Shown in pieces: positions 1 through 12,085 of a DNA stretch of 64,000 bases. The position numbers were made by a program, and so were the translations under genes. The stretch lies in assembly GCA_051362555.1 (NCBI GenBank), contig CM120648.1, positions 8,428,587 through 8,492,586 of the forward strand, given 5' to 3'. Origin of the DNA: Lingula anatina (taxonomy: Eukaryota; Animalia; Brachiopoda). The stretch's first letter is position 1; each line of letters begins with the position of its first letter. The notes under the pieces were generated by a model that worked only from the letters and a program-made list of their open reading frames with translations, made no database searches and was not told where the DNA came from.

Positions 1-143
1 GCTGCTTCTTATTTTGTACAGTAGTTAAGTATCAGAAACCATCTAAAATTTCAACTGAATAAAATATATTGATTCCAAATGGCACAAAAAGCATCCAATG
101 GTCCAAAAAAAAAAAATTACCGCTTTTTTCTGGATATATGCTT

Positions 144-306
144 TCAAGCATCCAGATCGATGTCTATCATCCCATCTTGCGATAAATTTAAGACATCACA
201 GTAGGTGGGGTTTTCGAAAGCTTTGTCCGAGTTCTCCTCTGGTTGAGAAATGTTGTCGTCCAGGTCATCAAAATACAGCCGGTCGGGACCTTTTCCTACA
301 CGTCTC
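144..306 (-). CDS. Last exon: acidic cytoplasmic tail with FENPTY motif
   Basis: Phase-2 acceptor acag; [15 protein letters not shown]...[12 protein letters not shown]...DIDLDA-stop. Confidence 0.8.
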
Positions 307-3300
307 CTGTAATTATAGTACGAAATGGTATGGTTTGGCATGGCATGGCCAGATGTATGATATGGTATGATATGACATGGTATGCTATACAGGGGTAGTA
401 TTGTGTCGTATGGTATATGGTATGTATGCCTATGGTATTGTATGGCATGGCATAGTACGACATGGTTTTATACAATATGGTTTGGTATTATACAGTAGCG
501 TTATTGTATAGCAGAGAAGAAGAGTAGTATATAAGAATAGTAGGGCATAACATATCATACATGCATAATACAATAAAAAATCTTCGGCTCTTGAGAGACA
601 CAATTATTATGGTCGAACAGGTCATTCAAGAAAAGCAGTGAAATTTTAACAAAAAATTAGCACATATATTCTTATTCTAGAAACTGATTAATATTAACAA
701 CCAGCATTTTTTTAAAGAACAAAGTACGTTTTTCTAAGAAAGTCCAAGTATCTCAGTCAAAATTTTTAATCTTTCAAACTGACTTTCAGACTGCATTCTG
801 GGGAAACGTTTTCTAGATATTCTTAGTTTTCACAAATTGTAGCTAAATAACGGAGAACTGACAACTTGGTGTTACTGGTAGTTTAAAAGCATTTACCTTT
901 TAATCATAAAAGCAGAGATGGCGGTTATAACGATGATTATAACCCCTGCCCCGACTCCTACGCCAGCATACGTATATGTTTCTGGAGTTGATAATAATAA
1001 TAATAATAATAATAATATAGTGAAATCATATATAAATACGTGGACAAATTTACGATCCGTAAAACGCCTCGAACAAGAAAATGACCATGGCCCCATTTAT
1101 AATAGGGGACTAAGTAGTCCGAGGATCAAATATGAATACTTCCCCACTGGACATCTATTCAGTGTCTATTAGCGGATTAGAGTCAAGCTTTTTTAGTGGG
1201 TTGCCATATTTGATCATTGTACTTGTTAGTCCCAAATTCTGAATGGGGCCCATGTCAACCATTACCTGATATATTTAGTCATTTAAAAAGTATATACTAG
1301 ATATATTATCTTTAAAGGGTATGTTGGATTTGGTGGCGACACTGGAATTTTCACAAATGCCCCTACATATGTCAATTTTCATGCTTGTAGGAAAAAAATG
1401 CACGATTTTCACCAAAGACTTTTTGCTAGACTTTTTCACAGAAGTGTTTTAATCCAAGCCTACCTTGCTGCTGCGCTTGCCTTTCTGCCTGACGTTTATC
1501 AGAAATGGAGGGGAGATCAGATGGTTTTGTCACAGGGTTAGTATTCATTGCAGCTTTGGTACTGTCTTTGGGTGCGTCTGTCTTGTCTACAGATTTCGTA
1601 TTTTTAGCACCTAAACTAGTTGTCGTAACTTCAATAAATTCAGTCGTCTGTTCTGTGGACTCTTTCGATGTTTGCACTTTGGGGACAGCGGTTGTTTCTC
1701 TTCTGGTACTGGTTGTCGTGTATTTTGTCCTGTCTGTAGATAATCTTTCAATTGCTTTTGTAGATTGAAATCCGCCCGCAGTGGTTAATTGCTTCGCGGA
1801 AGACGTAATATGAGCTGGAGTCAATGTCGTCTCTACATTCAGTTTCGTAACTGGATTGAGCTTCGTAACTGGCCCACTTGGCAAAGTTGTTCGTTCGACT
1901 GATGGTTTAGTTAAACCCACCACGGTTTCCGTAGAAACAGCCAAAACTGACTGTGTGTATTGCGACGAGACAGTAGTCTTGCCACGTAAGGTTGACGATT
2001 TTGTGCTTAAAGCCTCATTGGTCTTTGCAGGCATCCTCGAAGTCACTGACTGGCTTTTCACGGCGGTTGTTTTTGCAGTTAAAGCCTCGCTAGTATATGT
2101 GTAAACGGGCGAAGCTGCTGATGTGATTTTCACTGAGGTCGTCTTTGTCACGAGAATGTCGTTGGTCTGAGAGGGCATACTCATTGTCGTTGACGTCTTT
2201 TCTCCTGTGGACGTTTCTGAGATAAAATACTCTGTGGTACTAATAGGCCCAGCTGGATTGCTTTTGGGGGATGGTTTGGTTTCCGGTGCCAGTGTTTTCT
2301 TGGTTTGAGTCGTCGCCTCCGGGGTAACAATGGGGACATGCTCTGAGGTAATAGTTTCCGTGCTGGTCGTTTTTTGTGCTTCTGTGGTTGGTACAGCTGA
2401 TTACAATACATTGAGATTAATTTTTAGTTATCCCATTTACCTAAGTGTTTATAATTATCATGGCTTGTTATTAAAATGATACAGAATGTTAAATAATATA
2501 TATACAGATAGCTTTCAGTGAGCGAATATGACAAAATGGTCGGAACCTATACACGTTTTATTGTCCAATATTAAGATGTGCCCCCCTGGGACAGCTACAC
2601 TGCATAAGATCCAAGGGCGTTGTTACATGTATGTGGACATCTGCATTAGTTAATAATTAAATATCATTAAAACGTATATACACAACTTAAGTGGTTAAGT
2701 GGGAACAATTGTTCAAGATCCTGTTGTTACATATCATACATTTTTGCAGGTGCGTCCCATCATTTGTTTGCTTCCAATAATTTCAGTTAATTTAATTTGT
2801 TTAGAATATACCTTCACAACTCTTTTCGTCCTTTCTCATTGTGTATCCGTCGGGACAGCTACAGTTGTATGATCCTTGGTAGTTGTGACACGTGTGGGAA
2901 CATCCACCATTGTTCTTGTTGCATTCATTTACATCTAATATTAATCAATGAAAATAAAAAAAAGTTAAGCAAAACGTTACAATAAAACATGCGTAATGGA
3001 AATATATTTAAATTGAAATCAATAATTTCGCCATATCAAAATATATACCTTGACAGTTTTTCCCATCTTTGAGTAAGTTGTATCCATCGGGACAACTACA
3101 GTTGTATGATCCTTGGTAGTTATGACACGTGTGTGAACATCCGCCATTTTTAACACTGCATTCGTTGATATCTAAAACATAAACCAATGAAAGAAAAATC
3201 ACTTGAGAGCCTAATGAAGATACCTATGAATTGAAATCAATAAAAAGTCAAACTAAAATATATACCTTGACAGTTTTTCTCGTCTTTTAGTAAGTTGTAT

Positions 3301-6300
3301 CCATCAGGACAACTACAGTTATATGATCCTTGGTAGTTGTGGCACGTGTGGGAACACCCACCATTTTCAACACTGCATTCGTCGATATCTAGAACATAAA
3401 CCAATGAAAGCAAAATCAGTTATACAATTAGAACAGGTCTCATGCAGACAATTAAATGAACTGCATTCAATAATTTCGCCATATCAAAATATATACCTTG
3501 ACAGTTTTTCCCATCTTTAAGTAAGTTGTATCCATCGGGACAACCACAGTTATATGATCCTTGGTAGTTGTGGCACGTGTGGGAACACCCACCATTTTCA
3601 ACACTGCATTCGTCGATATCTAGAATATAAAATAATGAAAGTAAAATCATTTATACAGATAGATCAAACCTTATGCAAATCTAACAACAAATTAAAATCA
3701 GTAATAATAACGTTAATCAAACGTCAAACCAAAATATTTAACCTTGACAGTTTTTCCTATCTTTCAGTAAGTTGTATTTTTAACGCTGCATTCGTTGATA
3801 TCTAGAATATAAATTGATAAAATTAAAATCAGTTATGAAGTAAAATCAAGTCTGATGCATGTATCTAGAAACTTAAATCAGTAATACTCAGTAAAACTCA
3901 AACCAAAATATATACCTTGACAGTTTTTCCTATCTTTTAGTAAGTTGTATCCATCGGGACAACTACAGTTATATGATCCTTGGTAGTTGTGGCACGTGTG
4001 GGAACATTCGCCATTTTTAACACTGCATTCGTCGATATCTAGAACATTAATCAATGAAAGCAAAATCAGTTATACAGTTACAACAGGTCTTATGCAGGTA
4101 TATAAATGAATTGCAATCAATAAAGACGTCATATCAAAATATGTGCCTTGACAGTTTTTCCCATCTTTAAGTAAGTTGTATCCATCTGAACAGCTACAGT
4201 TGTATGTTCCTTGGAAGTTGTGGCACGTGTGTGAACGTGTTGTGGCACGTGTTGTTCATTCTGCATTCATTCACATCTGAAATATTCGGCATAGTGAAAT
4301 AACGTTATTTCCAACATTATACACAGATCTTACATAATACTTGTATATATGAACTAAATAAATAAGACCTAATAACTTAAACCAAACCTTGACAGTTTTT
4401 CAAATCTTTCAGTAAGTTATATCCGGCTGGGCAACTGCAAGCATATGTTCCGGCTTGGTTCTGACACGTGTGCGAACATCCACCGTTGTTGGAACGGCAT
4501 TCGTCGATATCTGAAATATTATGGGACAAGAGCAACGTGGTGTAATGTGCGACAATTATAACTTATCAAAAAATCAAAAGCAGACTTTTCTTATTCCAAG
4601 GTATCATAATGAGATGCATACATAGACAGTTTTCTCATATTATAGCAAGTTGTGCTGAAATGACTTCCTAAAATCAATGTCTTCCATAAATGAAGTACAC
4701 GTGCACGCTGTATCAGGGCTTACCCTTACACGTCTTCTTATCTATGTTTAACTCATATCCATCAGGACAGCTACAGTTATATGAACCCGGATAGTTTTTA
4801 CATTTGTAAGAACAGCCACCATTACCACTGCTGCACTCGTCAACATCTGAAAGAAAGAGAAGAATGTTTTGTTTCGAATCTGCCTAACAAGAAGGGTATT
4901 TGATTTTCACAAAATGTTTCTGCTTCAGTTACTCACCTTCACATGTCTTTTTGTTGTTATTTAGTAAATTGTATCCATCAGGACAACTACAGTTATATGA
5001 TCCCGGGAAGTTGTTACATTGATGTGAACAGCCGCCATTGCTATTGTTGCATTCATTGACATCTGAAAACAAAAAGCATGGGGAACCATCTCTGTTGGCA
5101 TGTTATTTTCTGCCTTACAGATAAAACGTAATGTTTTTCAAAATACCTTTATATTAACCGTAAAAAAAAACAAGGAGAATATGTTTGGACTCATTTATTC
5201 TAAAAATTATTGTTCATCATGCTTAATAGCAATCGCGTGTAATAGCACCGATGTTCTCGTAAATTACCTTTGCAGCTTCTCTTATCGCCAGATAGAGAGT
5301 ACCCTTCTCGGCAGCTACATTTAAAGGAGCCCATGGTGTTACTGCAGTTATGGGAGCAGCCGCCATTTTTGTTTCTGCATTCATTCACGTCTTTTTGAAC
5401 AAACCAAGTATGCAAAACACAATGATAATTAAGAAATTGATTATTTCATAGAAAATAGTTATAAATCATGAAATGATAAACGTGGTTATTTTTCTTTGTC
5501 GAAAAAGGGTTTAATCTTTTACGAGTGCCATATAGATGAACATATAACTTGCATATTACATACATATAGGAATAGTTGAAAATTGTCAGGGTTCCCAGCA
5601 CTTTGGAATATACTCAAGTACCAAATAATGCTTTACGAAAAGATTTATATCTATACCACAAATAAGCCATAAATATAAATTATAAATACAATGTATATCT
5701 TTCCCATTTTCTTTTGTTTTTTTGTTCAGAAAGTGGCGTCGTGTTTGCAATACCGCAAATCAGTATTATTCCATTGCAACCAAAGGTCTATACTCCGGCT
5801 TTTTTATACTACAACAAACAAACAAACAAACAAATGCATATATAAACAAACTATTCAATAAAGTATTCACCCGTGCATGTTCGTTTATCAGCAGCAAGAG
5901 CGTACCCAGTTCTACACCCACACCTGAAGGAACCAACCGTGTTGGAACATGTCTGAGAGCAGTTGCCTTTTTGGAACCTGCATTCGTCTATGTCTGAATA
6001 ACGTATACAAGTGATTGTAAATGTATCTAATAAAAGGTGCATCACATCTCTTTTATTTGATCATATTTGTACAGTATATAATACTATGCTGATTAGTCAT
6101 CCAGTAGTACTTTACATAGTTTGAGTTTTTAGATTTATCATGGGATTTACATTGGGATACCAGCTGTAATCGCAACATCATCAACACTGATAATGATAAT
6201 TCAAGTTATGATTTTAGGAAAATATATATTCTTTGTTTAGTGCACTGTAAGTAATAATAAAATTTTAGTTGTTAAAATCAGTTCTCACATTAGTCGTAGA

Positions 6301-9300
6301 TGTCTGACAAAAAACTAAAGCAACCACATTTGAAGTAATAAATACCTGAGCATGTCTTGCCATCAGAGGAGAGGACAAACCCTCTTTTACAGGCACAGGT
6401 GAAGGACCCAGGGGTGTTATGACACGTGTGCTGGCACCCACCATTTTTATTGCTACATTCGTCATTGTCTTTAAAAAATGCACATGGTCCTCTGTCGGAT
6501 CAATTACAAAGAGTTATTGCAATACAGTAAGGTAGGCACTGCTCAGTGTAAATCAGATAAAGTTATTAAAAGAAAGTGCGTGATAATCAGATGCCTTGAA
6601 TCATGTTTATAACAGAGGCTAAATATATCCACAAAGAAATGCTATCATAAGAAATTCTTCATTTCATTATATACAAAAAATAAATAAATAAATAAATAAA
6701 TAAATAAAAAATAATAATAAAATTAAAAAATCGCAGAAAAAGATACAGCCAAATGTTGTTATAATGAAATAGTAGTAATATTGTTGCATGTAGTTATGCC
6801 CTTGCGTGTGCTTATTTAAATCTAAGCATTTTACATTTGCTTTTATATCAGTATATTTATTGTGGTTTCTTGTTTATCTTACCATTACACCGTTTTTTGT
6901 CTGATGCTAGGGAGTAGCCAGTCCGGCAAATGCACTTAAATGAACCTGGACGGTTCTTACAGATTTGTGAGCAGCCGCCGTTGTTAGTCTTGCATTCATC
7001 TACGTCTGAGAAATAATAGGTGGCTCAAAAAGACGTTACTAATTACAGAATTCAATAACTACCACAGTTCATTAGCTTTTAAATTGAAATTTTACACAGA
7101 TTTTTAATACATTATTAATGGTCAACCTTGAAATTCCAGATGTTAAAATGAAACCGTTTTGGTATTATCAGCAAATCAAATACACGCAAATTACATTGCA
7201 ACGTCTTTCAAAACTGTTTAATTTATTGAAATAAGTACCCTTTAGTAACATAGCATTATCCACTAACCATTTTCATCGAAAAACACAATTACCTATAATA
7301 TACAGTACGTGTAAGTGGTTTTTCATTCCTATTTTGCCATCACAAATAAACGATCACAGCAATGACTTCTTAAATCATGATGCGAGCAATGTGAAAACGT
7401 ATTAAATAGTGAAGTGAGTACATTTAAAAACTACTGTGTAATGTACCTTTGCATGTTTTGGCATCGGTGCCTAACGTATATCCCTTGCCACAGCTACAAT
7501 TGTATGATCCCGGCAGGTTAATACACGTATCTGAACAGCCGCCTTTTTTATTGCTGCATTCATTTATATCTAGGTTGAGAGGATTAACTGAATAGTTTAG
7601 TGATCAGTGAGCAAGCATGTACAATATGATGAGCTGCATAATTCTTAAAACCGCTCGGTTTTTGTTAACATATATGTTTTAAAATATTGTTAAAACAAAA
7701 ACTGAGTGTTTCACCAAGCATCAAAACATACAAATTAATTCAAATAAATTACCATTTAAGGACTGAACTGATGCCCAAATAAGTTGTATTGTTGCATGTA
7801 GTTATGTTCTTGCGTGTGCTTATTAAGATCTAAGTATTTTACATTAGTTTTTTTTTATGTCAGTATATTTATTGTGGTTTCTTGTTTATCTTACCATTAC
7901 ACCGTTTTTTGTCTGATGCTAGGGAGTAGCCTGTCCGGCAACTGCACTTTAATGACCCTGGACGGTTCTTACAGATTTGTGAGCAGCCGCCGTTGTTAGT
8001 CTTGCATTCATCTACGTCTGAGAAATAATAGGTGGCTCAAAAAGACGTTACTAATTACAGAATTCAATAACTACCACAGCTCATTAGCTTTTAACTTGAA
8101 ATTTTACACAGATTTTTAATACATTATTAATGGTCAACCTTGAAATTCCAGGTGTTAAAATGAAACCGTTTTGGTATTATCAGCAAATCAAATACACGCA
8201 AATTACATTGCAACGTCTTTCAAAACTGTTTAATTTATTGAAATAAGTACCCTTTAGTAACATAGCATTATCCACTAACCATTTTCATCGAAAAACACAA
8301 TTACCTATAATATACAGTACGTGTAAGTGGTTTTTCATTCCTATTTTGCCATCACAAATAAACGATCACAGCAATGACTTCTTAAATCATGATGCGAGCA
8401 ATGTGAAAACGTATTAAATAGTGAAGTGAGTACATTTAAAAACTACTGTGTAATGAACCTTTGCATGTTTTGGCATCTGTGTCTAACGTATATCCCTTGC
8501 CACAGCTACAATTGTATGATCCCGGCAGGTTTACGCACATATCTGAACAGCCGCCTTTTTTATTGCTGCATTCATTTATATCTAGGTTGAGAGGATTAAC
8601 TGAATAGTTTGATGATCAGTGTGCAAATATGTACACTATGATGAGCTGCATAATTCTTAGAAACACTCGGTTTTTGTTAACATGTATGTTTTAATATATT
8701 GTTAAAAAAAAACTGAATGTATAAAGTCTTCAACGAAGCCTCTCTTTTTCTTTAATTTTCACCAAGCATCAAAACATACAAATTAATTCAAATAAATTAC
8801 CGTTTAAGGACTGAATTGATGCCCAAATAAGTACTATTGTTGCAAATGGTCACATCCTTGCATGTGCTACATAGGCACTCATCACATGGATGATACAAAA
8901 AATCCAATGTCTATAAAAATCTATATATACAAGTACTAGATACACAAGTGCTAGATAAATGTTAAGATTTTACGCTATTGTAAAGAGTGTAAAATGTTTT
9001 TACCTGTACATCTATTCCCTATAGCAGAATACCCTTTCTTGCAGCCACCAGTACAGGTATGGGAGCCGTTGGCATTGGTGCACCGACCGGAACAACCACC
9101 ATTGTTGACGGCGCATTCATCAATATCTATGAAATGGAACAAATTAGATCTCGGAACTGGTAACATATTATAACCTAGCCATCGGTTTCACATGTTTGGG
9201 CATAAAGTAGGCCTATCTCCGATCAATAATGGTTATGAATAAATGGTACTGAAGTTTTGATATTTGAAACTATGCAGTTAGATATGGTGGTTAGGGCCTA

Positions 9301-10608
9301 CCACAGTTCTGGCAGAAACTATGAGAAGCATGACAACATTATTTTAGAAAAAATATGAAAACGTTGAAATACAAATAGCCAAACATAATTATCTTATCTA
9401 AAAATTACAAAGCTTGTTCAAATACGTTGAATTGTTTAACTTGATTATATCATTGCGTCTGTTAGATAGGCACTATTCATATGGCTGATATAATAAAGCC
9501 AATTGTCGATAAAACTTTAAACAGATAAACTAGTCAAATTTAAAGATTTTAAGTTATCGTCTGTATGAAAAGGGTGTAAAAGGATGTAAAATAGTTGCAC
9601 CTGTACATCTATTCCCTGTAGCAGTATACCCTTTCTTGCAGCCACCAGTACAGGTATGGGAGCCGTTGGCATTGGTGCACCGACCAGCACAGCCACCATT
9701 GTTGACGGCGCATTCATCAATATCTATGAAATGGAACAATGTCGATCATGAACTTGTTACATATTATAATCTAGCCAGCGTTTTCACGTTTGGGCATAAA
9801 GTATCTTCGATCAATAGTGGTTATGCAAAAATGGTACTGAAGTTCTGACTTTCGAAACTATGCAGCTGGATATGGTGGTTACCAAGCCTAAACCAATTTG
9901 CGTCCATATTACTAGGAGGAGCATGGCAAATTTATTTTAGAAAAAAATGAAATGTGTGAAATACGAACAGCCAAACAAAATTTCCTATCTACAGGTTACA
10001 TACTTTGCTCTTGTTTGATTGTAAGTATGCATGGATCGTTACATATGAAATATTTGGTGCTTTCCAATCCCCTTTCAATCTTGTTTTTATTTTTGTGTAC
10101 TTCAGTCACTGATAGGCCTACTTTTTAAAACTGTTTCTCTGATTTTCAAAGGCACCAGTCCCCGATATCCTATACCACCACTTTATTAACATTAAAAGTT
10201 CGAGTGTTCTATTTACAATTACACATATGCATTCTTAAACTGAAATAATTATTACTTTTCTCTTATGTGGTGCCTTAACACTACATGTACCATAAATATA
10301 AACCTTTAACCCTCAGTTCGTGGTTTGTAAGTCTATTTCTTTAGATATGGCACTTGTACTTACCGTATTGGCACAGATATGATCGTGGCGTGGAACAAGG
10401 GCCGACGTACCAATTGTATGCTAACGGTTTCTTACTCTTCCTTTTCACCCAAACACAGTTTTGTGCCTTTGGTGCATAACTTCGAAATGGGATACCTTCC
10501 CATTGTACCAAAGAATCACCTGGTAAAGGGAAAATAATCTTGACTTACACAGTCATTGTCTCTCTAAGAAAACTAAAACCGAAGAGTTATTTTTTTATTC
10601 ATTTCTGT

Positions 10609-10658
<50 letters not shown>

Positions 10659-12049
10659 TGGGTTTCTGGCTTAATTAAGCAGCTGTATACACATATTCTT
10701 AATTTATCGGTTGTTGGCAAATTTAATAGTTTCGTCGTTATCAAATTACTAAATTATCTAAACATTGTTTAATACTGAAAAAACATGTTTCTAGTGATAA
10801 TTCTGTGTATAAAGGGAACAGATTATGTATTTACATGACGTCTATTTCATCAAAGGTAAAATAAAGATATATTACAACTACATATAAATATATAATGAGC
10901 AACACTGTTCAACATTCTTCAAGATAAACTGTTGATTAAAGATAAATTTAATGATAAGTTACAGTTTAGGGGGAAAGATACGTAATAAAGGTCTAAATTT
11001 GGCAAAACAACCTTTTCCATTTTCATTTACGTGAAATACATGTACATATCTTGGTGTTGTTGCAAATAGAATAGTCACTTTCAGAGCACAAACTCCCATT
11101 ATTGCTGCTTAAAGGACACAGAAGTAAGATTTGAAGTTCACGGGATTCCGCGAGGTTTTGTCACTTCCGGGGACAAGTAAGGCCTAGACTGGGTCCCCAT
11201 ACATAGATCGATCCATCTGGATTATCTGGATCGATCTAACTCCTTGGGGAGTCTCACTAAATTGTTATCACTTAACCGGCTTAAATGTCTGTCACGCCTA
11301 CCACATCAGCTACCGGTAGGGGATAAAGATAATTACCCCTAACAGCTTTACTAGGCGTGACAAACATTTAAGCCGGCCAAGTTGACAGCAATTTAGTGAG
11401 ACTCCCCAGGGAGATAGATCGATCCAAATATCTGTGGGAATGGACCCCTAGATTACATTTGAAAAGCGATGCCTGAACTGTGCACGAATACTGCCCGTAA
11501 TTCCATTTTCGTATAGTGTCTGAGCGGAGGTAGACGGTGGCCGTGCGAAATCGGACGGAATCGTACGGATTTAAGACCATGTGACATAGGGGGCCTACTC
11601 GGCGTAGCCTGTAGATCCTTACGGCTTAAAAAAAATCGTACGGACAATTTCCTCGCACGGCGCCCGTGTAAATGTAATTTAGGCTTAATATATTGCACAA
11701 CATTGAGGCTACAGTGGCTAAAGCTGTCAACGTGGTTTCTGCTTTGTTTTTGGGTGTGTTACCGAGGTAGCACGGAGAAGTGTTCATTTTTTTCGGCATC
11801 CTGTGAATAACCTAAAACAGTGTAAATAGGACAGACAGAATCTGAGATGGCGAGGAAATATCGTCGCAGTATTCGCTATATTATCACGCACATGCAAACG
11901 AGACTTCAGAACCCTATTAACCACTTCCCTCGTTTCTGATGTCATTTTGATGCAACGGCATTTTCTCATAGCTTGACAATGTTTATATCCGATTAGGTAA
12001 GCGGATAAAGCAAAATCTTAACGTATCTGTCTTCCTTCAGAGAGAGAGA

Positions 12050-12085
<36 letters not shown>

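Noticed and set aside
1505-2104. Hydrophobic Val-rich plus-strand ORFs (1505-1768, 1856-2104)
   Set aside because: Antisense shadows of the Thr-rich mucin exon.
3000-4150. Regularly spaced repeats superficially like a CRISPR array
   Set aside because: The units are duplicated EGF exons plus introns in a eukaryotic gene; no cas genes are present.
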